A stretch of 64,000 nucleotides of DNA from an uncultured Gemmatimonadales bacterium (GCA_963851265.1 CAWKNZ010000006.1:1-64000), one strand, 5' to 3'; shown: positions 8,440 through 19,599, counted from the first letter of the stretch. Numbers and translations: made by a program. The notes: a model not told the origin generated them from the sequence alone.

Positions 8440-9105
8440 ATGCGGATCCCTTGACTGATTCCACCCGTCGGTCTCGCCCTCGTCGCGCTCGTCGGGACTC
8501 CGCGACGCGGCTCCGCCCAGCACGCGGCGTGGAAGGCCGGCGACCACGCCCAGGTGTTGTGGGCCGATGGGTGGAAGGAAGTCGTCGTCCGGGACGTCTT
8601 GCCCTGGGGCGGCGTGCACGTCGACCGCGTCGACGGGCGGTTCACGAACGAGCCGATGCTGCCCGACAAACTCCTCCCGCTCGGGCCGCCGCCGGCCTCG
8701 CACGCCGCGGTGCCGTGCACGACGGACCCGGGCGTGGCCGACCCGGCCGCGGCCCACGGGGGACTGCAGGCCGGCATCAAGCACGCCGTCTACGCGAACT
8801 ACGTCGCCACCGAGACGGGGAGCGTCACGGCGCGGGGCGCCATCGGGGTCACCTTCCAGTCGCTCCAGGTCGGCGATCCCATCCCGAACCGCGCGACGGC
8901 GTGGGGCTATCACTACTCCAACACCAAGCACGACGCGCCGGTGTACCCGGCGAGCACGCGTCACGTCTTCTGCCGGGCCTCCACGCGGTCGACGACGCGC
9001 ACGTTCTACGCGGGCCGATACGCCTGCTTCCAGGATCGCGCCGACGACGCGTGGGTGTGCGGCACCGATGCGGGGCACCGCGCCATCCGGACCGAGGAGA
9101 ACTGA
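8440..9105 (+). pseudogene. Secreted hypothetical protein with premature TGA at codon 5
   Basis: MRIP*LIPPVGLALVALVGTPRRGSAQ is in frame with ORF 8554-9105. Confidence 0.55.
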
Positions 9106-9151
9106 CGCGTCCGGACGCGTGCTGAGCACGCGTGCCCGCCGGTCGTGGAGG

Positions 9152-9550
9152 TCAGTCGACGAACACGGTCTCTGCGCCGAGCGCCTCGAACGTCAGGTTC
9201 ACCGTGCGCCCGACCGCCCGGGTCCGGTGTACGGTGCCGGCCGGCACCACGACCGCCTGCCACGGCGCGAGCGCCAGTGTGCGCCCGTCGGCGAGGTCGA
9301 TCTCGAGGCGCCCCGCGACGACCAGGAACAGCTCGTCCGAGCGCGGGTGGTGGTGCCAGCGGTACTCGCCCCGGAACACGGCGAGCCGCAGGCAGTTCGC
9401 GCCCGCGCCGGTGTCCACGCGGCCCAGCACCATGTTGCGGTAGTCCTCCGCCACCGCGCGCTCCTCCGCCAGCACGTCCACCACGACCAGCGGCGGATGC
9501 CGGATCGGCTCGGCCGCGTACGCCGCGGCGGACCGGAGAGGGTCACCCAT
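9152..9550 (-). CDS. Cupin domain protein
   Basis: YRWHHHPRSDELFLV...VVVPAGTVHRTRA. Confidence 0.85.
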   Translation of the reverse strand: MGDPLRSAAAYAAEPIRHPPLVVVDVLAEERAVAEDYRNMVLGRVDTGAGANCLRLAVFRGEYRWHHHPRSDELFLVVAGRLEIDLADGRTLALAPWQAVVVPAGTVHRTRAVGRTVNLTFEALGAETVFVD

Positions 9551-9770
9551 GCGGGGGAGCATAAATACGGGGCGCCGCCGGCCACGGGTCGGAGGAGTCG
9601 TTGGCGGCCTCCGACGCTGCTGCCGCGCCAAAGGCGCTGCCGGCGTCTGCGCTCACAATTTGGACAGTCTTCAACTGCCGGACCCGGGCGGCAGGAACGT
9701 GTACGCGCTCACTGTCCGCGACGTAGCCTAGCCGACGCGCGATACGGCTTCGTCGAACGACAGGGTGTCA

Positions 9771-10005
9771 TCATCCCGTGTTGTAGTGGGCCGGCGCGCG
9801 GTCTTTCGACTTCTCGGCTCGGGCGAACTGCCCCCGGGGCGTGCCCAGATCGGCGGCGATCACCGTCGGCATCGCGTCGGCGTGGTCGCGCAGCGCCGCG
9901 ACGTCCACCGGGTCGCTGGCCGGTGTGCATGAGCGCGCGAACGTCTCCAACTCGGCCACGATCGGCTCCTGGTGGCACAGCGTGAACTCGGCGCATCGCA
10001 AACAC
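9771..10005 (-). pseudogene. Decayed N-terminal fragment of an RsbRD-N sensor kinase
   Basis: EPIVAELETFARSCTPA...ALRDHADAMPTVIAADL aligns with the N-terminus of 18262-19431. Confidence 0.7.
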
Positions 10006-10193
10006 CCTCGGGCTGGCGGTGGCAGGCCGATCCGAGTGGGGCGAGCGCAGCTGACAGCCCCGGCCACGAATGTCCCATGGCCGACCGTCGCGTGAGGAAC
10101 GGTACGGGCGCGTGTCGACCCGGCGGCGACGTCCGTCGCGTGATCGCCTTCGCGCGCCGCGCCCGCAGGGGCGGGAGGCTGCGCGGTCGCGGG

Positions 10194-11573
10194 TTACGCC
10201 CGCGGCAGGGTGAGGGTGAACGTCGATCCGGCGCCCGGCGTGCTCTCCGCCGTGAGGTCCCCGCCCATGCCGCGCGCCAGGTCGCGACTGATCGCGAGGC
10301 CGAGCCCGACGCCTTGCTGGCTGATGTGGGTCAGGGCGCGGTCGACTTGCACGAACGGGTCGAACACGCGCGCGAGCTGGGCGGCCGCGATGCCCCGGCC
10401 GGTGTCGCGGACGCGGAGCGATACCGCGCCAGTGCCACGGGTCGCGGCCCCGGCCGGCTCGCACGCGAGATCCACGTGTCCGCCGGGCTCGGTGAATTTG
10501 AGCGCGTTCGTGAGCAGGTTGAGCAGCACCTGCCGCGCCTTCTCGGCATCGGCGCGCACACAGAGCGATTCCCCCCAACCCTCGTACACGAACGTGAGCC
10601 CACGCGCCGCGAACTGCGGGGCGACGAGGGCCTCGACGTCGGCCACCAGGGCGTCGACCGCCACGTCCTGCACGTCGTAGTGCACGTGTCCGGCGGCGAG
10701 CCGTGCATGGTTCAGCACGTCGTTGATGAGCCCGAGGAGGTGGTGCTGCGCCCGCTGCACCCGCTCGAGCGCGGTGCGCTGCTCGCCGGTCACCGGGCCG
10801 TGCACCTCCATCTCGAGCAGCTGCACGTATCCCCCGATCGCGTTGAGCGGCGTCCGGAGCTCGTGGCTCATGGTCGCCAGGAACTGGCTCTTCGTCTGGT
10901 TGGCCTCCTCGGCCGCGCGTTGCGCGACCTCCGCCGCGTGCCGCGCCTGGACGGCGTCTCGGAGCGCGATCTCCAGATCGACGTTTACCTCGTGGAGCGT
11001 CTCGGCCTGCATCTCAAGTTCGGCTTGCTGCTCCTGCAGCTGCTCGCTCGACACCTCCAGCTCGGCCCGCTGTTCGTGAAGCTGCGCGTTCGCCACTTCA
11101 AGGTCGCGGGTGCGCGCCGCGAGCGCCGCCGTCGCCGCCTCAGCCGTCCGCCGAGCCTGGAGCAGTGCGTCCTCGTACTTCCGCCGCTCGCGAACCTCGA
11201 GCAGCGCGCAGTCGGTCACGGCCTCCCCACCGCGCGTCGACCGGACCGCGGTGGCCAGCGCGCCAACCTCGCCGCCGCCCTTGTGACGGAGGAGCAGGAA
11301 CACCTCGTCCACGCGCCCGCGGAGCCGCAGCAGCGGGAACAGGTGCGTCTGGTAGAAGATGCGCCCGGCGACGGTCAGCAGCTGCTCGACGGATCGTCCC
11401 TCGATCTCCTCCTCGGCGTAGCCGAGCATCGCCCGCAGCGCCGGGTTGGCCGCGCGCACCGTCCCGTCATCGCCGAACGACAGCGCCCCACACGGCAGTG
11501 CGGCGAGCAGCCCAGCCGCCTCGCCAGCGCCGGCGGAGGCCACCGCGTCGGCCGCGCCTCGCTCAGGCGACAT
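10194..11573 (-). CDS. PAS-domain sensor histidine kinase
   Basis: RsbP-like PAS ([13 protein letters not shown]); H-box [14 protein letters not shown]1 and G2 boxes. Confidence 0.92.
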   Translation of the reverse strand: MSPERGAADAVASAGAGEAAGLLAALPCGALSFGDDGTVRAANPALRAMLGYAEEEIEGRSVEQLLTVAGRIFYQTHLFPLLRLRGRVDEVFLLLRHKGGGEVGALATAVRSTRGGEAVTDCALLEVRERRKYEDALLQARRTAEAATAALAARTRDLEVANAQLHEQRAELEVSSEQLQEQQAELEMQAETLHEVNVDLEIALRDAVQARHAAEVAQRAAEEANQTKSQFLATMSHELRTPLNAIGGYVQLLEMEVHGPVTGEQRTALERVQRAQHHLLGLINDVLNHARLAAGHVHYDVQDVAVDALVADVEALVAPQFAARGLTFVYEGWGESLCVRADAEKARQVLLNLLTNALKFTEPGGHVDLACEPAGAATRGTGAVSLRVRDTGRGIAAAQLARVFDPFVQVDRALTHISQQGVGLGLAISRDLARGMGGDLTAESTPGAGSTFTLTLPRA

Positions 11574-12378
11574 CCGCAGTCGTCAGGTACTCCCGGATGC
11601 ACGCCACAGTCTCGTCGGGCGCGCTCAGGTGCGGGCAGTGCCCCGTCGCGGCCAGGACGCGCAAGGTGCTGCCGGGGAGCGCGCCGTGGACGTACTCCCC
11701 CACCGACCGCGGCGCGAGCAGGTCGTCGGAGCACTGCAGGATGAGCGACGGCACGCGCACCGCGGCCAGGTCGGCGCGGTTGTCGGCGAGGAAGGTCGCC
11801 TTGGCGAACTGCCGCGCCACGACCGGGTCCGTGGAGCAGAAGCTCGCGGTCAGCTCGCCGCCTAACTCCGGCTTGTCGGGGCGGTTCATGATCGCCGGGG
11901 CGAGCTCCTGCGCCCACCCGAGGTAGTTCCTATCCATCATCTCGAGCAACGCCTCGACGTCGCCGCGCTCGAAACCGCCCACGTAGCTAGGCGGGTCGTT
12001 CAGGTAGCGCGGCGAGGGAGCGACGAGTATGAGGTGCGCGAACCGCTCGGGCGCCCGGTTGGCAGCCAACACGCCGACCATCGCGCTCACCGAGTGGCCG
12101 ACGAAGACCACGTCGGTCAGGTCGAGCGCGTCGACCACGTCGAGCACGTCCTGCGCGTACCCGTCGAGGGTGGCATAGCGGGTCGGGTCGTACGCCGCGC
12201 GGTCCGAGCGCCCGGCGCCGACGTAGTCGAAGAGAACGACCCGGTGGTCGCGCTCGAACGCCGGCGCGACGAGCCGCCACATCCCCTGGTCGCAGCCGAA
12301 GCCGTGCGCGAACACCATCGGCTGCGTACCGCGGCCGGAGACGCGCACGTGATTACGGGTCAGGACGTCCGAACGCAT
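11563..12378 (-). CDS. rsbQ: RsbQ/KAI2-like alpha/beta hydrolase
   Basis: [38 protein letters not shown]. Confidence 0.9.
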   Translation of the reverse strand: MRSDVLTRNHVRVSGRGTQPMVFAHGFGCDQGMWRLVAPAFERDHRVVLFDYVGAGRSDRAAYDPTRYATLDGYAQDVLDVVDALDLTDVVFVGHSVSAMVGVLAANRAPERFAHLILVAPSPRYLNDPPSYVGGFERGDVEALLEMMDRNYLGWAQELAPAIMNRPDKPELGGELTASFCSTDPVVARQFAKATFLADNRADLAAVRVPSLILQCSDDLLAPRSVGEYVHGALPGSTLRVLAATGHCPHLSAPDETVACIREYLTTADVA

Positions 12379-12553
12379 GGGAGCGTGGCTCGAAGGGCAG
12401 ACATGGACCGTGCGCACCCCGGACGGGGCGCTGCCAGAGCGGGCGCCGCACGGCGGTCCCCCGGGAATGCTAAGCGTGGTGCCGGGCGCGACGGCAGCGC
12501 GGGAACGCCGAACTCGGCGGCGGGCCAGCCGTTGATGCGCTCGGCGGCCGGGT

Positions 12554-13000
12554 TCATCGCGACGACCGGCCAGTCGCGGTCCAGCGCGGTGCGCGTCGCC
12601 CATCGCGGCGAGCACGCCGGCGAGCCGGGCGCGGTCCGCCTCCGCCGCGGCGCGCGACGATGCCCAGCTTCACGACGTCGGGGATTGCCTCGTGCGGCCG
12701 GGGCACCGTGATGTCGCGGCCTCCGACCACGATGCGCCGGGCGGCGTCGTTGACGAGCGCGAAGCGGTGCTCGGGACCTTGTTGCAGCGCGACCGGCGCC
12801 GGAATCTGCCGGATGAGTCCCCGGAGCCGCTCGCGTTCCTGGGCGAGCGCGCCCGCCAGCCTCGCGCGCTGCGGCTCGAGCGCGCGCGCCGTGACCTGCG
12901 CGGTGACGTCGATCGGGGTGACGAGCACGCCGCCGGCCCGGCGCACGAGCGCCGCCGCGTGCTGCTCCACGTCGACAACCTGGAGAACCTCTCGCGCCAG
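12554..13000 (-). pseudogene. Decayed PAS sensor fragment
   Basis: LIRQIPAPVALQQGPEHRFALVNDAARRIV, then loss of frame. Confidence 0.5.
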
Positions 13001-13165
13001 CGCGCCGAGGCGGCGACCGCGCGCTTCCTGGACCTGCGGGACTACTTCCTCATCCCGCGCAGCCACTGGCGCTTCGTGGGATCCACGGGCCGTACGCCGA
13101 CCCGCGCGCCGCGCGCGACCCGGCGGCGCGGATGCGTTAGGCAATCCGCGCCGCGGGGTCCGGCG

Positions 13166-14728
13166 CTACTCGTTCGAGATCGTCGCGATCGTCCCGTCCA
13201 GCTTCTGCAGCCGCACGGTGAACTTCTCGTTGTACGTGCTCGCGCGGTCCCGCAGCACGCTGAGCGCGACGGCCTCGCCCAGCGCGATCGACGTGTCGGT
13301 GTCGCTGCGCCAGTGGATGCCGGCGTGGATGCCGTGGCCGAAGCTGATGTTGTGGGCGAGCTTGTGGAGTTCGCCGTTCACGGTCATGGCGCCGGCGTCC
13401 GCGCCGCTGTAGTCCACGAGGGTCGTGCCGCCGGGCGTCGGCACCTTCGGCGAAGGGATCACGAAGTTGCCGTCGTAGAAGAACTTGAGCGCAGTGATGC
13501 AGGCGCCGGCGACCGTACCGTGGCCGGTCGGATAGGCCGGGTGCGTGGGCGAGCCCTCCGGGAACGCTTGCGGCAGGAAGAAGCTCCCCGTCGCGGCGTG
13601 GCTGGCCTCGACGGCCTGCGAGTTCAACACCACGGGGCTGAGCTGGCCCTCGATCGTGCCCCCCAGACCCGTCTTCTGCAGGTGGACGATGCCGCCGCCG
13701 GACTCGGGGCGGTGCCGCAGGTGCACGAGCCACTTCTGGTACCACACCGCCTTCAGCGCCTGGGCGGCGACGGAGGCGACGAGGCCCGCGATGTCGGGCT
13801 GGCCGAACGTGTTGAAGCCGTTCTGCGTCGACGACGCGAGGTACGGATTGCCCGGGTTCAGCGGGGCGGCCCCGCCGCCGTTGATCGCGTTGAGCACGAG
13901 GTACGCGATGAAGTAGGCCTGGTACAGCACGTCGTCGTGCGTGTACGCGCCGAGCCCGCGGCCGTCGTGCAGGTACACGGGCGGCTGGAACTGCAGGCGA
14001 TTTCCGGTATCGATGCCGTTCTGCACCTGCAGGAAGGTCGTCGGATCGGTCATGTAGTCGAGCCCGGCCTGCACGGTCGCATACCGTTGCACGATCGGCA
14101 GCGCCCCGAAGCGCGCGTCGCGCAGGAGGAACTGCGACAGGTACGGACCGACCGTCTCCCCCGCGAACCCGCCGCGGAACAGGAGGTCCGGCGTGACCTG
14201 ACCGGCGAGCCCGCGCGGGCCGCGGTAGGCGGGGAGCGAGGAGAGTTCGTTCGCCGCGGCGCTGGCCGTCGCGTTCGCGGCGTAATCGGTGAACGCGACG
14301 TCGCGGAGCAACGCGGCCCAGTACAGCTCGACCAGTTCGGTCGCGTACTGGTCACTGTCGAGGGTGGGCGCCGGCGGCACGAGGAACTGGCTCGCGTCGA
14401 GCGACTCGAGGTCGAAGGCGAGGCCGCCCTGGGGTCCGTTGAGCGTGCGCGTGCCACCGAGCGTGATACGTTCGTAGTCGGCGGGATCGCCGCTGGCGAG
14501 CGCCCGGCGGAAGGTCGCGTACGCGGCGAGATCGACGAGGCCGATCCCGGTCTGCAGAATCCCCTTCGTGTACGTGGCGCACTTGTCGGTGTAGTGCGCC
14601 TCGTCCCCGTTGTCGGTGGGAACGACGGCGGGCACGAACGCGTCGTGGTCGGCGACCGCGGTGCGGACGGCGAGGGCGCGGAAGACCCGTTCGGGGGCGG
14701 CGAGGGGCGCGAGTACGGTGCTACTCAT
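13166..14728 (-). CDS. Vanadium-dependent haloperoxidase family protein
   Basis: WYQKWLVHLRHRPE, EGSPTHPAYPTGH, GELHKLAHNISFGHGIHAGIHWRSD. Confidence 0.88.
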   Translation of the reverse strand: MSSTVLAPLAAPERVFRALAVRTAVADHDAFVPAVVPTDNGDEAHYTDKCATYTKGILQTGIGLVDLAAYATFRRALASGDPADYERITLGGTRTLNGPQGGLAFDLESLDASQFLVPPAPTLDSDQYATELVELYWAALLRDVAFTDYAANATASAAANELSSLPAYRGPRGLAGQVTPDLLFRGGFAGETVGPYLSQFLLRDARFGALPIVQRYATVQAGLDYMTDPTTFLQVQNGIDTGNRLQFQPPVYLHDGRGLGAYTHDDVLYQAYFIAYLVLNAINGGGAAPLNPGNPYLASSTQNGFNTFGQPDIAGLVASVAAQALKAVWYQKWLVHLRHRPESGGGIVHLQKTGLGGTIEGQLSPVVLNSQAVEASHAATGSFFLPQAFPEGSPTHPAYPTGHGTVAGACITALKFFYDGNFVIPSPKVPTPGGTTLVDYSGADAGAMTVNGELHKLAHNISFGHGIHAGIHWRSDTDTSIALGEAVALSVLRDRASTYNEKFTVRLQKLDGTIATISNE

Positions 14729-14919
14729 GTGGCGGTCTCCGGCGTCTGTGCGGGAACGGCGGCGCGGTCCGAGCGGGACCGTCGGCGCGCGGCGGGATGG
14801 TCGGGGGCAGGATGCCCTCTGTCCCTATAAGCGCAAAGCGATCCGAAACCGGGTCACTGCGGCCGGCGCGTGCGCCACGTCCCGGAGCGACCGTCACCTC
14901 ACGGGAGTCCCGCCCGCGG

Positions 14920-15423
14920 TCACCGCACGGTGCTGAGCGCGAACCCGCGGGTCCTCCGCACCGGAGCCCCGCGTTCCGCGGCGCGTGGCGTGACCGACCC
15001 GAGCACGTCGGGCCTTGGGCGACGACGTGGAGTCGCTTCCGACGGTGGGCCGCGTGTGGGCGCCCGGCGCACCGCTGGGAAACTCGCACGTCCGGAACGG
15101 GCGCACATTCCCGCGCTGCACCCCGGCAAGGTCGCGAGAGCGCGGCGCACGGCAGGGTCGGCGCCAGCCCACGCGCCGCGGACGCGGACCGCGTACACGC
15201 GGGCGCTATCCGCCTGCCCCGCCGCCGCAAACGCGCGCGCCGTCCAGAGGTCGAGCTCGGAGTGCGTGGCGTAACGCCCCATGCCATCGAGGACGCCCGT
15301 GCGCGCGTCGCGCAGCGCGACCAGCGCACGGTCGGGGTGGCCGAGCGCGAGTTCGGCGCGAGCCAACTCGACGAGCGGGCGCGTCCACCCCGCGTGGCCC
15401 CACCGCGCGAGGCGGAACTGCAC
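14920..15423 (-). pseudogene. C-terminal remnant of a SARP/BTAD-TPR regulator
   Basis: Aligns with the C-terminus of 26283-28970 (LDGMGRYATHSEL vs LEGSNLYVTRPEL; DSA...AWAG). Confidence 0.65.
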
Positions 15424-15511
15424 GGCCGCATCCGCCCCGCGGCCCTCGCGGGCGGCGGTCCCGCAACCGCATGGCGCGGCAGCGGGCCAACATGCGACCG
15501 CCGGTGACAGT

Positions 15512-15564
15512 CGTCAAGCGGCGGCCGGACAACGGGTTGACGCACGCTGCTGGCACGTTGACGC
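15512..15564. promoter_or_regulatory. CGTCAA-N19-TTGACG motif with a second TTGACGC 21 bp downstream
   Basis: Near-identical spacing and sequence at 30066-30118. Confidence 0.55.
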
Positions 15565-15691
15565 GGTCACGTGATCGTTACATCCCGAGCGGCGCGGCCA
15601 GCAGACGCGTCGTGTTCCTGCGCCGCCCACGCGTCCGCGCGCCGCCGACCGCACGTCCGACCGCCGGCGCGCGGCTGCGGAAGACCGCATG

Positions 15692-15727
15692 TGGGCGACG
15701 GCATCTGGGCGACGGCATCTGGGCGAC
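15692..15727. repeat. 14-bp tandem repeat TGGGCGACGGCATC, about 2.6 copies
   Basis: Seen directly. Confidence 0.8.
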
Positions 15728-15908
15728 CGCGTGTTCACCGCGTGGATCGTCCTCTACCTCGTGCGGACGCTCCGCGTGGCCGCGCGGCGCACGGCGATGC
15801 ACCGCCGCCTGGGCGGGCGCGTGGCGGTGACAGGTCCAGGCGCTCACCCGGTCGGGCCTCGACCGTGGCGACGGGCGCGACGCGTACCGGGGGTGCGGCA
15901 CCGTCCCG

Positions 15909-16889
15909 TTAGGCATCGACGCGCGTGGCGCGTCGGCCGAGCACGCCGAGCGCGCCGATGCCGACGGCCAGCAGGACGAGCGTCGCGGGCTCTGGCGCGG
16001 TCACCGCGGCGACCGTGCTCAGGTAGCCGTGCGCGGCTCCTGTGCCGTCCCGGTACCACCCGGCGATCTGCCCGGCGTCGTTGATGTTGTACCCGCTCGT
16101 GTAGGTCGCGCCCGGGATGTCGTACGACGCGTACGCTCCGCCCTCGTACAGGTAGCCGTGGCTGACGCCCGCGGCATCGACCCAGCGGCCGGCGATCTGC
16201 CCGAGGTCGTTGATCTTGGGCACGAAGGTGGCGGTCGCGCCCGGGAAGTCGAGAAAGGTGAACGCGCCGCCGGCGTAGATGAACCCGCGGCTGTTCGCCG
16301 GGAAATCCGTCGGTCCGATCCCGTAATTTCCCGTGATCTGGCCGGCGTCGTTGATCCCGGCGCCGTACGTCATGGCCGCCCCGGGGACGTCGGGCAGGAA
16401 GTTGAACGCGCCGTTCGCATACAGGAACAGGCTCTGGTGGCCCGCGGTCGTGTAGGACCCGAGAATCTGCCCGGCGTCGTTGATGCCCCGCGCGGCCGTC
16501 CCGGTGGCGCCCGGGACGGTGAGCCTCGTATACGTGCCACCGGAATACAGGAACCCGTGGGACCCCGACGCGTCGTTGTACAGGCCGACGACCTGCCCCG
16601 CGTCGTTGATCTCGAACGCGTTGGTGAGCGTCGCGCCCGGGACCGCCAACGTGGTGAACGTGCCGTTGGCGTAGACGTAGCCGTGCGTGCCCGACGCGTC
16701 GTCGTACTGCCCGACGACCTGCCCGGCGTTGCTGATGCCGTACACCGTCGTGAGACTCGCCCCGGGGACGTTGATCGGGGTGAACGCGAGTTGGGCCCTG
16801 GCGGTCGGCGCGGCGGCGGTGCCGGTCGCCACCGAGGCAAGTACGGCGACGATCGTGGCGACGCGGCGGCGTGGGACGGCGACGAACAT
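15909..16889 (-). CDS. PEP-CTERM protein with HAF-like extracellular repeats
   Basis: Signal peptide; six (G/E/K/N)I(N/S)(D/N)(A/L)GQ repeats; C-terminal APEPATLVLLAVGIGALGVLGRR. Confidence 0.9.
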   Translation of the reverse strand: MFVAVPRRRVATIVAVLASVATGTAAAPTARAQLAFTPINVPGASLTTVYGISNAGQVVGQYDDASGTHGYVYANGTFTTLAVPGATLTNAFEINDAGQVVGLYNDASGSHGFLYSGGTYTRLTVPGATGTAARGINDAGQILGSYTTAGHQSLFLYANGAFNFLPDVPGAAMTYGAGINDAGQITGNYGIGPTDFPANSRGFIYAGGAFTFLDFPGATATFVPKINDLGQIAGRWVDAAGVSHGYLYEGGAYASYDIPGATYTSGYNINDAGQIAGWYRDGTGAAHGYLSTVAAVTAPEPATLVLLAVGIGALGVLGRRATRVDA

Positions 16890-17183
16890 GGCGAACTCCG
16901 ACGTGAGCGGTGGAGGACTACCGGAGCGCGACCCTCGGCGGGATTCGCCTGACGCGTGCGCGGCCGGCGCCACGGGCGGCCGCCGCGCCGTGCGGGGCCG
17001 CCGTGACACCGGCACGTTGGGGCGCCGGCGTCGTCCACCTGTCGATTTGCGGCCCTCGGCGTCGTTCGACCGTCATCCGACCGTCGTTTATGCCTGCCGC
17101 GGTCGGGCCCGACCGCATGTTCGTGCTTCGTGTGCTCGGCGGCGCGACGCGGGAAAGCCCAGAGCAGGCCGGATGCGGTGCTG

Positions 17184-17483
17184 CTACGGACCGCACTTCG
17201 GGCAGCGGGCGACCACAGGGCCGGCCCCCGGCCGCTCGCGCGCGACCCACGCCCGAAGCGCCGCGGGGGCGTCCGCACAGATCTGCCGACGCCCCGCCGC
17301 ATGCAGCCGCTTGGGGTGGCGGTCCCGGTCGACCTCCGGGCAGCGCGCGCGGTGCAACAACGGCGGGTCCTTCGGGCTGACGGCCAGCACGTAGCCGGCC
17401 GGGTGCGTGCTCAGCCACCACGCGTAGGCTGCGTCATCGGGCCACTCGGCCGTGGCGGTCAGGAGGTCGGGCGCGTCGGCCAT
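17184..17483 (-). CDS. Small hypothetical protein, possible Zn binding
   Basis: YAWWLSTHPAGYVL, LHRARC, QIC, terminal CPKC. Confidence 0.6.
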   Translation of the reverse strand: MADAPDLLTATAEWPDDAAYAWWLSTHPAGYVLAVSPKDPPLLHRARCPEVDRDRHPKRLHAAGRRQICADAPAALRAWVARERPGAGPVVARCPKCGP

Positions 17484-17673
17484 CGGTCGGGGGTGCGGGT
17501 GGGGTGGGCGACCGCGCACGGTCCCGCGCGATAGCGGGTCCGCGCGCGGCCGGCGAGGTACGATAGCGTCGTCGACCACGTGCCCCGGGCGCCGCACGCG
17601 CGGTTCCGTCGTACCTTCCGCCGGGCCCGCTCACCTACGGCGCCCTCCCTGGACGCTCCCCCTTCCCACGGTG

Positions 17674-18132
17674 ATGAAGCTCTGGCTCGATGCGGACGCC
17701 GCGCCCCGCGATGTGAAGGACATTTGCCTCCGCGCGGCCGAGCGGCTGCGGATCGACGCGGTGCTGGTGGCGAACCAGCGGTTGCTCCTGCCGCCCGGCC
17801 ACGCCCACGTCACGGCCGTCCGGGTCGAGGGCGGCCCCGACGCGGCGGACCGCTACATCGTCGAGCACGCGGCGGCCGGCGACGTGGCCGTCACGGCCGA
17901 CATCCCGCTCGCGGCGCTCCTCGTGCCCAACGGCGTGTCGGTCATCGACCCGCGGGGGGAGGAGTACACCACCGAGAACGTCGGCGAGCGACTGTCGGTG
18001 CGGGACTTCATGGACGGGCTCCGGGGGGCCGGCGTGGAGACCGGCGGACACGGCGCGTACGGCCCACGGGACAAGCAGGCGTTCGCCAACGCGCTCGACC
18101 GGGCGCTCACGCGCGCCCTCCGGCGCCGCTGA
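17674..18132 (+). CDS. yaiI: YaiI/YqxD (DUF188) family protein
   Basis: MKLWLDADAAP...LVANQ...DAADRYI...VTADIPLA...IDPRG. Confidence 0.88.
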   Translation: MKLWLDADAAPRDVKDICLRAAERLRIDAVLVANQRLLLPPGHAHVTAVRVEGGPDAADRYIVEHAAAGDVAVTADIPLAALLVPNGVSVIDPRGEEYTTENVGERLSVRDFMDGLRGAGVETGGHGAYGPRDKQAFANALDRALTRALRRR

Positions 18133-18261
18133 CGCGCGACCGGATGGGCGCGAGCCGACGTCGTCAGACCGACTCCGAGGTCCACCAGACCGCGCGCCGC
18201 TCTCCGCCCGTTAGGCATCCGTCGCCGCGACGACGCGGCACACGCCGGGCGCGCCGGTGCC

Positions 18262-19431
18262 TCAGCGCGTGCGCGACGCCTCGGCGGGCGGCGAGTCCGC
18301 GTGACGGGGCAGGTGGACGGTGAACGTCGTGCCGGCCGCCTCCGACGATTGCACCTCGAGGCGACCCTCGTGCGCGCTGACGATTCGCTCGGCGATGTAG
18401 AGGCCCAGGCCCAGACTTCCGGTCGGCCCGCGGGCGGCCGCCGTCCGGGGCGCCCGTCGCGCTTTCATCGGGTTGAAGAGCCCGTCCATCTGCTCGGGCG
18501 GAATGACCGCCCCGCGGTTGTGCACCGCGATGGTGACCTGCTCGTCGGTCCCGTGCACGTCGACGCTGACCGTCGTGCCCTCGGCCGCGTGCTGCGCCGC
18601 GTTGCCGACGAGGTTACCGAACGCCTGCGTGAGCCGCTCGGCGTCCCACCACCCGCGCAATTCGACGCGCGTGTCGGCGCGAATCGGGCAGCTCGGATAC
18701 GCCGCGGCGACTTCGCTGACGACGTCCCGGACGACGCGGCTCAGCTCCATCTCGGTCCGCACGACCGGGATCCCGCCGCCGAGCCGGGTGCGCGTGAAGT
18801 CCAGGAGGTCGCCGACCATCGTCACCGAGCGCCGCGCGCTCTGCGCGATACGCGCGGCCAGCATGCGGTGCGGCGCCTTGAGTTCGCCGGTGTCGAGCAT
18901 GAACTCCGCGGACGTGCGGATCGCCCCGAGTGGCGTGCGCAGGTCGTGGCCGAGGATGGCCAGGAACGTCTCCTTCGCCTCCTCCACGTTCTGGTTGAAG
19001 CTGGCGACGGACTCGGCGAGCGACTGGTCGATCGCCTCGTTGAACCGCGTGAGGTCCTCGATGTCTTCCGTCTCCAACACACCCTGCGACTTCGTCCACA
19101 GCCGGATCACGCTGGCGCGAAGCGCCCGGTACTCGGCCACCATCTGGTCCACGGTGAAGCCGCTCTCGGCCCGTCCCACCCCGTGCTGCCCGGCGGCAGT
19201 CGGCGTGGCCTGGTCGCCGCGCGGTGCACGGCCCATGGCCTTCTCGGACTGGGCGCGCGAGGTCTGCGGTGCCGCGAGGTCGGCGGCGATCACCGTGAGC
19301 ATCTCCCCGGCGTGATCCCGAAGCGCCACGATGTCCATCGGCCGGCCGGCCGGCGCGCACGTGCGAGCGAACGCCTCCCACTCGGCCAGAATCGGCTCTC
19401 GGTTCGCGAGGATGAAGTCGGCGAGTCGCAA
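18262..19431 (-). CDS. Sensor histidine kinase with RsbRD-N-like input domain
   Basis: QMVAEYRALRASV; LGHDLRTPL; GLGLGLYIA-type G2 box. Confidence 0.9.
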   Translation of the reverse strand: MRLADFILANREPILAEWEAFARTCAPAGRPMDIVALRDHAGEMLTVIAADLAAPQTSRAQSEKAMGRAPRGDQATPTAAGQHGVGRAESGFTVDQMVAEYRALRASVIRLWTKSQGVLETEDIEDLTRFNEAIDQSLAESVASFNQNVEEAKETFLAILGHDLRTPLGAIRTSAEFMLDTGELKAPHRMLAARIAQSARRSVTMVGDLLDFTRTRLGGGIPVVRTEMELSRVVRDVVSEVAAAYPSCPIRADTRVELRGWWDAERLTQAFGNLVGNAAQHAAEGTTVSVDVHGTDEQVTIAVHNRGAVIPPEQMDGLFNPMKARRAPRTAAARGPTGSLGLGLYIAERIVSAHEGRLEVQSSEAAGTTFTVHLPRHADSPPAEASRTR

Positions 19432-19599
19432 TCACGCTCTCTGGTGCGGGTGGGGCGCCTCGCGCCCGGCATGGATCCCGGCGGCCCGGGCGACGGGTAC
19501 CGTGAGACCGCGCATCGCGACCGCGGGGCCTGCCGTCGGCCAGCTCGGCAGGGTCAAGCTACCGGGAAGCTGCGCGTCGCGTCGGAACGGAGCGCGCGC

